From: a virus
Virus record (IMG/VR): IMGVR_UViG_3300031539_010038
Span: 6,934-70,933 of that record
Length of the DNA stretch: 64,000 bases
Direction: 5' to 3' (one strand)
Position numbers and translations under genes: made by a program. Under the pieces are notes generated by a model, which made no database searches, was not told where the DNA came from, and saw only the letters and a program-made list of their open reading frames with translations. This document shows, in pieces, positions 37,922 through 46,881 of this stretch (its first letter is position 1; the number at the start of each line of letters is the position of its first letter).

Positions 37922-38234
37922 TATAAATGAAGAATTGAATCTAAGCCCACTAGAGGTTGTTGTAGTCGATGGAAGATTCGAAGAAGCCTTCCGAAATTTT
38001 AAAGCCCTAATTCAAAAAGAAAAAATTCTTACTCTTTATAAAGAAAAACAGTTTTATGAAAAGCCTTCGGATAAGAAGCGTAGGAAACGTAAGCAGGCTG
38101 CCCAGCGCAGGATGATGATGGAAGCACTAGAAAAGCAGATTCAATCTGGTGAATGGGAAAAGCGTAAGCAACAAAAAGAAGCCAAAAAGGTTTCGAAAAT
38201 AGAAAATAAAAAAAATTCAGGATATCATGAATAA
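37914..38234 (+). CDS. rpsU: Ribosomal protein bS21 with C-terminal extension
   Basis: FEEAFRNFK...EKIL...KEKQFYEKPSDKKRRKRKQA. Confidence 0.9.
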   Translation: MKSINEELNLSPLEVVVVDGRFEEAFRNFKALIQKEKILTLYKEKQFYEKPSDKKRRKRKQAAQRRMMMEALEKQIQSGEWEKRKQQKEAKKVSKIENKKNSGYHE

Positions 38235-38823
38235 TAAAATATTAGAGCAGGCCCAGGCATTTAAAGAACAGATACAGCATCGGCAATCTTCTGCTCAATA
38301 CATGCCAGAGCATGTTAAAATGGGCATTAAACCTATTCCAAGAAATCCAGGGGAGTCATTAGCTCCCAATTGGTATAATAATACAAGAACTGGTGTCCCC
38401 AGAATTCCTCACCAAAATCCAAATCAAGTAATTACATATGATGAGGTTCCTCTCGTTGCTCCAGATCCTGCTCCATATTATGGAGATCAACATTATCAGC
38501 CGCAGCAATCATATCAGCCGCAGCAATATCAAGAACCATATCAAGAACCATATCAAGAACCATATCAAGAAACATATCAAGAGCAGCAGGCTCAATTTAT
38601 TCAGCCACCACCGGTTGCGAATCCGGGCCCACTAGAGCCCGGCAATTATTGTTTAATATTTAAAGGGAAGATTATTAAGACAACATCTTACCTTAGTGAA
38701 TTAGAAGAATATATTGAATATATTTGTTTAAGTGAGGAATCTCCCTACCCTCAATTGGATGCTAGCCAACTAATGGTGATGAAAAGGCTAATACTCAAAC
38801 TTGGCGCAATTGTTCATGAGTAA
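38227..38823 (+). CDS. Hypothetical protein with Q/P/Y low-complexity repeats
   Basis: YQEP and YQPQQ repeats. Confidence 0.7.
   Translation: MNNKILEQAQAFKEQIQHRQSSAQYMPEHVKMGIKPIPRNPGESLAPNWYNNTRTGVPRIPHQNPNQVITYDEVPLVAPDPAPYYGDQHYQPQQSYQPQQYQEPYQEPYQEPYQETYQEQQAQFIQPPPVANPGPLEPGNYCLIFKGKIIKTTSYLSELEEYIEYICLSEESPYPQLDASQLMVMKRLILKLGAIVHE
38494..38583 (+). repeat. In-frame minisatellite
   Basis: TATCAGCCGCAGCAA x2 then TATCAAGAACCA x3 plus degenerate copies. Confidence 0.85.
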
Positions 38824-39346
38824 AACAACAACAGAAATAATATTAGAATTAGATGCAAAGGTCTCAAAAATTGAGGGCTTACTAACAAATATTGACTTCA
38901 ATCAAAAGTTAATTCTTAATATGCTTAGAAAGCATAAGGCCACACCAACGCAAGAACTTGATGTCTTGCCCAAGAGGGCCCTAATGGTTGAAACATTTTC
39001 AGATATTAGCCAGTCAATACCAATGGAAGCTAAAGCTTCTCCCAAGCAGGAGGCAGCTAAAACACCAGCAAATGATAATAAAAGATCTATTTATCAAAAA
39101 TTACAGCACAAAAGTGGAAGAAATATAGTATTAGCTAACATCATAATATTAGATGAATCAAATAAACAATTAAAAAAAACAAGAACAAATTCTGCTGGGA
39201 AATGGTCAGTTAGACTTCCTGCTGGAAATTACACAGTTAAGATAGAAAAAGGTCAAACAGAATTTGATCCAAGAATTCAAGATGAGTTTACCTTTGAAGC
39301 AGTAGAGTCTCTAGAACCACTAGAATTATCAACAAAAATATACTAG
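38816..39346 (+). CDS. Hypothetical protein with C-terminal prealbumin/carboxypeptidase-regulatory-like domain
   Basis: TRTNSAGKW...LPAGNYTVKI. Confidence 0.65.
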   Translation: MSKTTTEIILELDAKVSKIEGLLTNIDFNQKLILNMLRKHKATPTQELDVLPKRALMVETFSDISQSIPMEAKASPKQEAAKTPANDNKRSIYQKLQHKSGRNIVLANIIILDESNKQLKKTRTNSAGKWSVRLPAGNYTVKIEKGQTEFDPRIQDEFTFEAVESLEPLELSTKIY

Positions 39347-39354
39347 GAGATAAG

Positions 39355-39759
39355 ATGAAATTATATTTAGCATCATTTTTGCAATCCCAAAATTTTGGGC
39401 CGGGTAGAGTTATTGGAATAGTAGATCCAAAGGGAAAGAAACCACTGGATATTGATGTGGCTCAGTGCTTTCAGCAATTCACACCAAGCGGTGAAATTAT
39501 ATCTGAATATCATCGCATGCAATATGAGGAACCAAAAAACGCCGGAGAGATGTTTATAACTAAATATAAAGAACAACTTGAAATGGTATTGAGTGAATTA
39601 GCCACCAAGGCCAAAGAAGAGAAAAAGACAATCCCAGATCTCCTGCCATTTAAAGATGGCGATACTCTTGCTTCGTGGGAAAGAACAGAATTTACACATT
39701 ACCGTAACTTGTTAGCCCCTTACTTAGAGAAAATGGGTTACGAAGTAGTCGCGAATTGA
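39355..39759 (+). CDS. DUF488-like protein (divergent)
   Basis: MKLYLAS...P..EI...Y..QL...TLASWE....YRNLLA.YL. Confidence 0.45.
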   Translation: MKLYLASFLQSQNFGPGRVIGIVDPKGKKPLDIDVAQCFQQFTPSGEIISEYHRMQYEEPKNAGEMFITKYKEQLEMVLSELATKAKEEKKTIPDLLPFKDGDTLASWERTEFTHYRNLLAPYLEKMGYEVVAN

Positions 39760-39760
39760 A

Positions 39761-40102
39761 ATGGCCGATCTAAATTTTAATATTTCTGCTCTAGAGCAAA
39801 AAAAAGCTGAGCTTGAGGAAAAAATAGCTGACATATGTCTCATATTTGATGGCAAGTATAAGTCCAGCAACTTTAATATCGAGAAGCTTCCAATAGAATC
39901 ATTGAGTGATTTTCATAACTTTAAAGAAGGCAATCTTTCTCTTAGAATGAAAGATATGACTGAACAATCAGATCTAAGAAAAAAAAGAAGTCAATATATT
40001 GATGAACTTCTTCTAATAGAAGAAGAACTTCATGGATATAAAGTTGACGCTGTATTAAATAAGATTAATAATCTATTAGATGGGAAAGATTCCGATGGCT
40101 AA
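39761..40102 (+). CDS. Hypothetical coiled-coil protein
   Basis: ORF within the operon. Confidence 0.65.
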   Translation: MADLNFNISALEQKKAELEEKIADICLIFDGKYKSSNFNIEKLPIESLSDFHNFKEGNLSLRMKDMTEQSDLRKKRSQYIDELLLIEEELHGYKVDAVLNKINNLLDGKDSDG

Positions 40103-40778
40103 ATTTAATATCCTGGTGATAGATCCTCCCTGGAAAATGTCTGATAAGCTGACCATGAGCAGCACCAAGAGGGGAGCAGCCGCGAATTATACTGAAATGA
40201 ATGACCAAGATATTATTAATCTTGATGTATCTTCTATTACAGATACAAATGCTTTATTGGCCCTATGGGTTCCTTCTGCAAAATTAGAAGAAGGAATGAG
40301 GACCATGAAGGCTTGGGGATTTAAACAAAAACAAACATGGGTCTGGGTTAAGATTCAGAAACATGGTTTAGAAAAACTTAGTAAGGAAGCAAAAGCTTTA
40401 TCAAAAGACAAGTTCACAAAACCTAACGTATCTCAAGTAATTGAAAATTTTGATCTTAATGAGATGACTTCCATGTACATGGGGCAGTACTTCCGTCAGT
40501 CTCACGAGATTGTTTTAATAGGCATTAAGGGCAAAATGTCTAGTTTAAGAGAAAGCAAAGGGGAAACCTCCGTACTTTTTGCTGTTAATCCAAGACATTC
40601 ACAAAAGCCAGAAGGATTGCAGGATAGATTAGAAAAGATGTATCCTTCTATTAAATATAAGAAAGCAGAATTATTTGCCAGGAGAGCCAGGGCTGGCTGG
40701 AGCTGCGTAGGAAATGAATGCCCAACGACAATGGGCCAGGATATTAGAGATAGTATTAAAGTTCTAGCGTCATCATGA
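40095..40778 (+). CDS. MT-A70-family N6-adenine methyltransferase
   Basis: IDPPW, LWV, AWGF, WVK, HSQKP, ELFARR...GW...GNE. Confidence 0.92.
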   Translation: MAKFNILVIDPPWKMSDKLTMSSTKRGAAANYTEMNDQDIINLDVSSITDTNALLALWVPSAKLEEGMRTMKAWGFKQKQTWVWVKIQKHGLEKLSKEAKALSKDKFTKPNVSQVIENFDLNEMTSMYMGQYFRQSHEIVLIGIKGKMSSLRESKGETSVLFAVNPRHSQKPEGLQDRLEKMYPSIKYKKAELFARRARAGWSCVGNECPTTMGQDIRDSIKVLASS

Positions 40779-41281
40779 AATTACATACATTATTATTAAA
40801 TTCTACTTATGAATGTATTGGATTTATAGGTTGGAAGAAAGCCGCAAAACTTTTGGCCAAGGATAAGGTTGAGGTTTTATCTTCTTGGAAAGATCAATAT
40901 ATTAGAAGTGGAAAAAAAGCCTGGCCTCATCCTGCTGTTATTCGTATGAAATATAGAGTTCGCTGGATCCCCAAAAAAATGAGATATAGTAAGTACGCTG
41001 TCTTCAAAAGAGATCAGTTTATTTGTGGTTATTGTGGGATTAAGTTAAATAATGAAAATGCAACATTAGATCATATTTATCCAAAGTCTCAAGGTGGTAA
41101 GAATTCTTTTAAGAATTGCGTAACATCTTGCTTCCAATGTAACAATTTGAAGCAGGCAAGGACTCCTGCTCAGGCCGGCATGACCCTAAGGCAGAAGCCC
41201 TGCTCTCCTATTCTAACGGCAGCTCATGAAATTCACAGAATTCAACCTGTCCACGAGGCGTGGAAAGAATATATAGTTTAG
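40775..41281 (+). CDS. HNH endonuclease (McrA-like)
   Basis: RD.F.CGYCG, TLDHIYPKSQGG, N.VTSCFQCN..K. Confidence 0.92.
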   Translation: MKLHTLLLNSTYECIGFIGWKKAAKLLAKDKVEVLSSWKDQYIRSGKKAWPHPAVIRMKYRVRWIPKKMRYSKYAVFKRDQFICGYCGIKLNNENATLDHIYPKSQGGKNSFKNCVTSCFQCNNLKQARTPAQAGMTLRQKPCSPILTAAHEIHRIQPVHEAWKEYIV

Positions 41282-41367
41282 TGGGCAAGCCCTTTTCCAA
41301 CTACATCTCTATATTCTTCTTCTGAAATTATAGGTAGAGATTGCTGATTTTTTTTATATCATCAACC

Positions 41368-41820
41368 TCATGCCCCATCTCCTCTAGTTGCCCCGGGCTG
41401 ATCTTGTTTTATCTTAGGCATATCCCACTTTGGAGCAAATGTTGTTAAAGCAATCTTTAGAAAGCGCAGGTCTTGAGGAACCTTATTCTCATAGATATCT
41501 TCCTCATCGGAATGGGTATCAGAAATTTTGCCTTCCATTTTGGTAAGCATAACATTAACATCAGCTAACGCATCGTTTCTAAATGTGGAAAGTTCTTGTA
41601 ATGACGCTCCTGAATGATAGGCCTTGCTAAGAATATAATTAGCCTTATTTCTCAAATTTTGGCCAAGGACTCGAAGATCTCTATAATATTCGGGATGATC
41701 ATCCATAAGATCTCCTAAATTTACTGCATATGATCTAATGTCTTGCAGAAGACTATAGTTATTCACAGCTTCTTTTACAATTAATTTCTCTATTTTCTCA
41801 GCTACCTTAATAATGCTCAT
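41368..41820 (-). CDS. Hypothetical protein
   Basis: AGGAG SD on the minus strand. Confidence 0.75.
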   Translation of the reverse strand: MSIIKVAEKIEKLIVKEAVNNYSLLQDIRSYAVNLGDLMDDHPEYYRDLRVLGQNLRNKANYILSKAYHSGASLQELSTFRNDALADVNVMLTKMEGKISDTHSDEEDIYENKVPQDLRFLKIALTTFAPKWDMPKIKQDQPGATRGDGA

Positions 41821-41884
41821 AAAATCTCCTAGAATAATGCGATACTAGTGATATAGTGTCATATTACTATAGGAGATTTTATGA
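41817..41884. promoter_or_regulatory. Symmetric divergent promoter/RBS region
   Basis: 15-bp inverted repeat TCATAAAATCTCCTA / TAGGAGATTTTATGA covering both RBSs and start codons. Confidence 0.7.
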
Positions 41885-42438
41885 TCGCGGATAATTGTGG
41901 TGCTTGTGGACAAGAGAAGCCGGCACAAGAACTTGTGGCAGTCAAATTAGGAAAGACGTTTCTTTCTAATGTAAAAATTTGTCTTAATTGCCGAAGAGAA
42001 CACAATATTACAAGTGATTATTATAGAGTGGCTCAAATAATCTCACCGGAAGATTCTCAATTGGCCAGCCCGGATGTTATCGTAGAGCCCGCATATTCTT
42101 TGGTTCAGAAGGCTGTAGCTCTTTTAAGGCAAAAGGAGCCAAACTATTTTTCTGGTGTTCGTAAGATAGTTGTATCATCATCTTCTCAATTTGGGCATGT
42201 AGAATCCGGTCCGGGCAAAGATCCAGCGGTTATTCATGTGAATTTATTTAAAATTCAGGATGAAATAAATCGATATCAAGATAATAATGTTTCGGAGGAC
42301 GAGATTGTTAACAGCATAGCTAAGACAATTGCTCATGAGGCCGGACACGTTAAATCTTTTGATTCCGAGCTAGGCTTTCAAGGAGGAGAGGCTCCAGCCG
42401 AAGCTGAGGAAAAAAGAATGTCTAATTTAATAGAATGA
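41881..42438 (+). CDS. Zn-ribbon plus zincin-motif protein
   Basis: CGAC...CLNC; IAHEAGH; downstream E..AE. Confidence 0.65.
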   Translation: MIADNCGACGQEKPAQELVAVKLGKTFLSNVKICLNCRREHNITSDYYRVAQIISPEDSQLASPDVIVEPAYSLVQKAVALLRQKEPNYFSGVRKIVVSSSSQFGHVESGPGKDPAVIHVNLFKIQDEINRYQDNNVSEDEIVNSIAKTIAHEAGHVKSFDSELGFQGGEAPAEAEEKRMSNLIE

Positions 42439-42740
42439 ATGATAGATTTAAAGATCCTCACCATAAGAAATGGGCCAAGGCAATTAAAGAAAGAGACGGC
42501 TTTGCCTGTCAGGTCTGCGAGACGCAGGTAGGATATTTGCATTCTCATCATCTTAATTCGTATGATATTTTTATATCTCAAAGATATGAATTAAATAATG
42601 GATTGACTCTGTGCAAACATTGCCATTTTTTATTTCATTCCATTTATGGTAGTGGTGGTAATACGTTCTTTCAATTTAATGAGTTTACTAAAATGCTAAA
42701 GCTGATTAAGAATATTGCATTAAAGCTTAATGACTCTTAA
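42435..42740 (+). CDS. HNH endonuclease
   Basis: RDGFACQVC, HSHH, NGLTLCKHCH. Confidence 0.88.
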   Translation: MNDRFKDPHHKKWAKAIKERDGFACQVCETQVGYLHSHHLNSYDIFISQRYELNNGLTLCKHCHFLFHSIYGSGGNTFFQFNEFTKMLKLIKNIALKLNDS

Positions 42741-42774
42741 TTCGAGCAGCGTGGGTGAATAATATACTCACAAT

Positions 42775-43308
42775 ATGAGTTATACACCTACGTTTCAATT
42801 TGCGCTACGTTCTGACATAGAAGACATATGTTTATCTTTGCCGAAAGATAATAAAATCTTGCCTGATGATTTTCTGCCCTGTCAGGCAGACCCTGAGGCA
42901 ACGGGGTACGATGTTAGATGTGCTGCAAAAGAAGGCGTTTATTATAAAGCTGGTGGATATATGAAAATCCCTTTGGGTATCAGGGTATATGCGCCCACTG
43001 GCTGGTGGCTAGATTTGGCTCCAAGATCTAGCACGTTTATGAAAAAACATATCCATCCTTTATATGGGAAAATAGATGAAACATTTGAGCACGAAATATT
43101 ATTCGTTTGCCAATATATTCCTCCATCCGATTCATTTGAATCTGGAGAGTTTAAGCATATTGAATTTGGAGAAAGAATAGCTCAGCTCATACCAGTAAGG
43201 AGAGAGGTCATGATCGTTCGTTCAACCTCTAATAACGAATTAGAAAAATTATATAATGGTAGGAATTCTTCTAGAATTGGTGGGCTTGGCTCATCTGGAA
43301 AGTACTAA
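42775..43308 (+). CDS. dut: Trimeric dUTPase
   Basis: ATGYDV, PRSS, GKIDETF, GERIAQL, RIGGLGSSG. Confidence 0.92.
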   Translation: MSYTPTFQFALRSDIEDICLSLPKDNKILPDDFLPCQADPEATGYDVRCAAKEGVYYKAGGYMKIPLGIRVYAPTGWWLDLAPRSSTFMKKHIHPLYGKIDETFEHEILFVCQYIPPSDSFESGEFKHIEFGERIAQLIPVRREVMIVRSTSNNELEKLYNGRNSSRIGGLGSSGKY

Positions 43309-44142
43309 ATGCAACCTAAAATAGTAAAACCGCAAATAAGCATCCCTGAAAATATTCCTCCAACAAATGTTGAAATTGATTGGGGTATATTGGAAGATAA
43401 TATATCTTCATTTGAATATAAGTATTATGAGACCCGGCCGAAGATCCCTTCGAATATGAACAAGTCGGAAGCGTATTTGCTATTCAGGCATAATTTGGAG
43501 GATAATCTAAAAACATTTTGTAATGAATATAATTTGGGTTATTTTACAAATAACAATAATCTAAATATTAGAGGTGAACTTTCTCCTGTTCATAGAAAAT
43601 ACATCTTGAATGTTTCAAGACATCTTGTGAAGAATTCTGGGAATCTGAAGTATTTTTATACACATCAGGGAAAAAATGCCGAGGCTGTATTTAGATTATG
43701 CGTTAATCATCTATTTAATTTCTTTAGGCTGAAGAAGCGGCTAGAGGTCAGCAGAGAGGTATTTGCTTATGGGGGAGATGGCGGAGCAGATTTTAGGTTA
43801 GGAAGTTCTCTAATAGATATTAAATATAGAGATGATGGACCGGGTGCGGGTCTTATTTTAGATTCTGCATACTTGGATAAGGCACATCCGGATACGACGT
43901 TAGTTTTGGTAACGAACGCTACAAGCACAAAGCTTGGCAATTTAGCTATATCTGATGTCAATACATCTTCTCTGCCAGTAGCCTTGGCTGGTTGGATTTC
44001 CTTAAAAGATTTCCAAGCTAAGAAGACTCTCAGAGGAGGGTCTGAAAATAGATATGTGGTAGATCAGCTCAATGATATAGTAGAATTGTTGGTGAAGCTT
44101 GTCGAAGATCAGATAGTAGGAGAATCGCTCTTCAAATTTTAA
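43309..44142 (+). CDS. Putative PD-(D/E)XK nuclease-fold protein
   Basis: GK.AE...GDGGADF....IDIK. Confidence 0.55.
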   Translation: MQPKIVKPQISIPENIPPTNVEIDWGILEDNISSFEYKYYETRPKIPSNMNKSEAYLLFRHNLEDNLKTFCNEYNLGYFTNNNNLNIRGELSPVHRKYILNVSRHLVKNSGNLKYFYTHQGKNAEAVFRLCVNHLFNFFRLKKRLEVSREVFAYGGDGGADFRLGSSLIDIKYRDDGPGAGLILDSAYLDKAHPDTTLVLVTNATSTKLGNLAISDVNTSSLPVALAGWISLKDFQAKKTLRGGSENRYVVDQLNDIVELLVKLVEDQIVGESLFKF

Positions 44143-44173
44143 CAAAATTTGATTACAAAAGAGGACCGTGCAA

Positions 44174-44420
44174 ATGAGATTGTTATTAACCTATAATTTT
44201 AGATATTTTGTTTGGAGACACTTCGCTTCCACGCAGGCCTAAAAAGATTGCTTTATTCTAAAAAGTAACTTTGTTTCTCGCGAAAAAACAGGAGAAATAA
44301 CAGAGGTTGGGGACGGCATTTTTCGTGAAATTGGAGAATTCGGTACTTTTGGTGTATCAGCCAGGATATGGTTGGGTTGAAGTTTCAAAAGATTACAAAA
44401 TTACAAAAAAAGGAAATTAA
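44174..44420 (+). pseudogene. Probable frameshifted small gene
   Basis: GAGG SD + ATG gives 22 aa then a stop; protein-like text continues in shifted frames across A5 and T5 runs to TAA 44420. Confidence 0.35.
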
Positions 44421-45488
44421 ATGAGTAAGTTTTTAAATGCAATGAAAGTGGCCCTGAGTTTTCTTTGGAAAGTATTAGGTTATGTCTGGAACGCGCTAGG
44501 CATTGTTTGGAAGGCAATGCCTGTTATTGTTGTTATAGCTCTTGTTATAATGGTATTTGCATTGATTAAAATGCAATGCAGCTCAGATCAAAGTTTAACA
44601 GATATTCAAAAATCTGTTATAGAAATGAAAGAGCTGCAAGATGAGGTCGTAAGAAATCAAGCTAAGTTTGGAACAAAAGAAGATATAGAAGATTTGGCAA
44701 AAAAAGCCAAGGTGGATTTAACTCCAATTATAGAAGATTTAGCAGACCTAAAGGCTGAAATAAAAGGCATGTCATTAGCAACAGCATCATCTACAGGGTA
44801 TACGCATCACAATGTTCCGAGCGATAATACTACTCCAGGTGGAGCTGGACCATATGAAATAGAATGTTCTGATGGAATAAAACCATGCCCGGATCCATAT
44901 GGATATCTCACAAATGCACAAATCAAAGATATTCATGAGAAGTTTGCTAATTTACAGGTGCCACTTGGGCAAATAGAATTTCGTGCATGGGAAGAAAACC
45001 CCTGGAGTGTTGATATGTATCAGCGCGATTATAACGTGACCACAGTTATAGGACAGGATGATGATGGACGACATTATGTGTATAGTAAACTTTCTATTGA
45101 TGCACAAGGCAAGAGCTATAACATTCCAATAGAGCAAGCTGAATTTATAGAAAAATATCCAGAGTCAAAGCTGCGATTTAATCCGCAATTATATTTGGGC
45201 GTCGATGTTGGATCTCAGATCAGCAATCCTGGACCAGAAATTATGCCCAACTTATCTTTATCTTTCTTAGCTTATGGAAGAACTAAGGCCGAGTCTGATT
45301 GGACATTCTTAGACCTTGGTATTGGTTATGCTGCACAAGCAGAAGAGGCTAACTTGGTTTTGTCTCCATTAAATTACAACATTGGTAATATTTTACCATT
45401 GGTATCTGATCTTCATGTTGGCCCAACAATTGGATTATCAACCTCTGGGAATATTTTTGTTGGGGGAGGAATTCGAACTGGGTTATAA
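44421..45488 (+). CDS. Membrane-anchored protein with coiled coil and C-terminal amphipathic beta-strands
   Basis: TM helix near the N-terminus; C-terminal alternating strands ending IFVGGGIRTGL. Confidence 0.75.
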   Translation: MSKFLNAMKVALSFLWKVLGYVWNALGIVWKAMPVIVVIALVIMVFALIKMQCSSDQSLTDIQKSVIEMKELQDEVVRNQAKFGTKEDIEDLAKKAKVDLTPIIEDLADLKAEIKGMSLATASSTGYTHHNVPSDNTTPGGAGPYEIECSDGIKPCPDPYGYLTNAQIKDIHEKFANLQVPLGQIEFRAWEENPWSVDMYQRDYNVTTVIGQDDDGRHYVYSKLSIDAQGKSYNIPIEQAEFIEKYPESKLRFNPQLYLGVDVGSQISNPGPEIMPNLSLSFLAYGRTKAESDWTFLDLGIGYAAQAEEANLVLSPLNYNIGNILPLVSDLHVGPTIGLSTSGNIFVGGGIRTGL

Positions 45489-45523
45489 GCATAATTTGGA
45501 ATTATATAAAGAGGACATTATAT

Positions 45524-45691
45524 ATGAAATCTGTTAAAAAATCTAAAAAAAATGCCAACGCTCAGACAGAAACTTTTATACCACAGCATCTCTATATAGA
45601 GGATTATATTTGGTATAATAAATCAGAACCAGATGGTTCGAATCAAGACGATAAAGATAGAGGAGTTATTGTTATTGATCTAGGTGAGTAG
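45524..45691 (+). CDS. Small hypothetical protein (55 aa)
   Basis: GAGG SD; ends RGVIVIDLGE*. Confidence 0.55.
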   Translation: MKSVKKSKKNANAQTETFIPQHLYIEDYIWYNKSEPDGSNQDDKDRGVIVIDLGE

Positions 45692-45741
45692 ATCCTCGAA
45701 AGCCATATCTATGCCTCTCCATATTGGAGAGGACAGGATAC

Positions 45742-46308
45742 ATTTACCCAAAACAAAAGGAACGAGCATTGAGACAGAAGACCGAGAGAAGTTATGTAAA
45801 TAGACAAATAAAACTACCAGAAGTTTTATGTATTGATATTGAAAATAATAACTTAGGGAAGATACCAACAAATCAAGCATTAGAAATAGCTGAGAAGCAG
45901 GGGCTTGATTTGGTACAGGTTGGCTTTAATCAGCAATCCAGATTGCCAACGTGCAAAATTATGGACTATGGCAAACATCGATATGAAGTTAGCAAGAAGC
46001 TGAAAGTGGCTCAAAAAAAGCAGAAAGAGTCTATTGTAAAAAATAAAGAAATAAAGTTGCGCCCAACTACGGATATTCATGACTTAAAGGTAAAGGCCAA
46101 GAAGGTCGAGACCTTTTTGGATAAGAACTACAATGTTAAGATTGTCTTAATGTTTCGTGGAAGAGAGATGTCTCATAAAGAAGTAGGGTTAGAAACATTA
46201 AATATGCTTATAAATCTCATTCCAAATGCGTCACTGAATAGTGAAATAAAATCTGAAGGAAAGGTTTTATCTGTATTATTGGTGAAATCAAATGCTGATC
46301 TGTCATGA
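45742..46308 (+). CDS. infC: Translation initiation factor IF-3 (non-ATG start, probably ATT)
   Basis: VNRQI..PEV, GLDLVQV, CKIMDYGK, KEIKLRP...HDL..K, MFRGRE; no in-frame ATG before the N-domain. Confidence 0.93.
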   Translation: MYPKQKERALRQKTERSYVNRQIKLPEVLCIDIENNNLGKIPTNQALEIAEKQGLDLVQVGFNQQSRLPTCKIMDYGKHRYEVSKKLKVAQKKQKESIVKNKEIKLRPTTDIHDLKVKAKKVETFLDKNYNVKIVLMFRGREMSHKEVGLETLNMLINLIPNASLNSEIKSEGKVLSVLLVKSNADLS

Positions 46309-46820
46309 TAATAACAGATGAAAATCTACTGAGAGCTGAGTGCTCTGAAGTTTCTCCAGAAGAGATTGCTCCACTGCGAGACCTCTTAGAGAAGGAGCTT
46401 CAGGACTCAGCTCGACTTGGACGCATAGGAGTTGGATTGGCAGCTCCACAGATAGGTATTTTTAAGAAAATGGCCATAGTCAGGCTCCCAGCATCGATGG
46501 GAAATTTTAATATTGACTTGGTTAACATCAAGGAGTACAAAGGATATGACAAGGTATTATTTAATAATGAAGGATGCTTATCATTTCCAAATTATTATGT
46601 AGACAGTTTGAGATATCAGGAAATATATGTAACAAATAATGGAGTAGAACCATTCTCTTTTATTGCAACAGGGATGGCGGCTATTTGTTGTCAGCATGAG
46701 ATAGATCATCTTAGAGGTATTCTTCTAACAGATATTGGAATTCCCACAGATGCAGCCAAGAAAGCAATCTTAAAAGCGCGCCAACCTCGCGGATGTCTGG
46801 CGCCAAATATTAAAGTATAG
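46305..46820 (+). CDS. def: Peptide deformylase
   Basis: GVGLAAPQIG, EGCLS, QHEIDHL.G. Confidence 0.95.
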   Translation: MIITDENLLRAECSEVSPEEIAPLRDLLEKELQDSARLGRIGVGLAAPQIGIFKKMAIVRLPASMGNFNIDLVNIKEYKGYDKVLFNNEGCLSFPNYYVDSLRYQEIYVTNNGVEPFSFIATGMAAICCQHEIDHLRGILLTDIGIPTDAAKKAILKARQPRGCLAPNIKV

Positions 46821-46838
46821 TAAATATACACACACAAT

Positions 46839-46870
46839 AAAATACCAGAAACTCTGGTATTTTTTTTATT
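46839..46870. terminator. Rho-independent (possibly bidirectional) terminator
   Basis: AAAATACCAGA-AAC-TCTGGTATTTT followed by a T run. Confidence 0.75.
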
Positions 46871-46881
46871 TAGGAAGAAAT

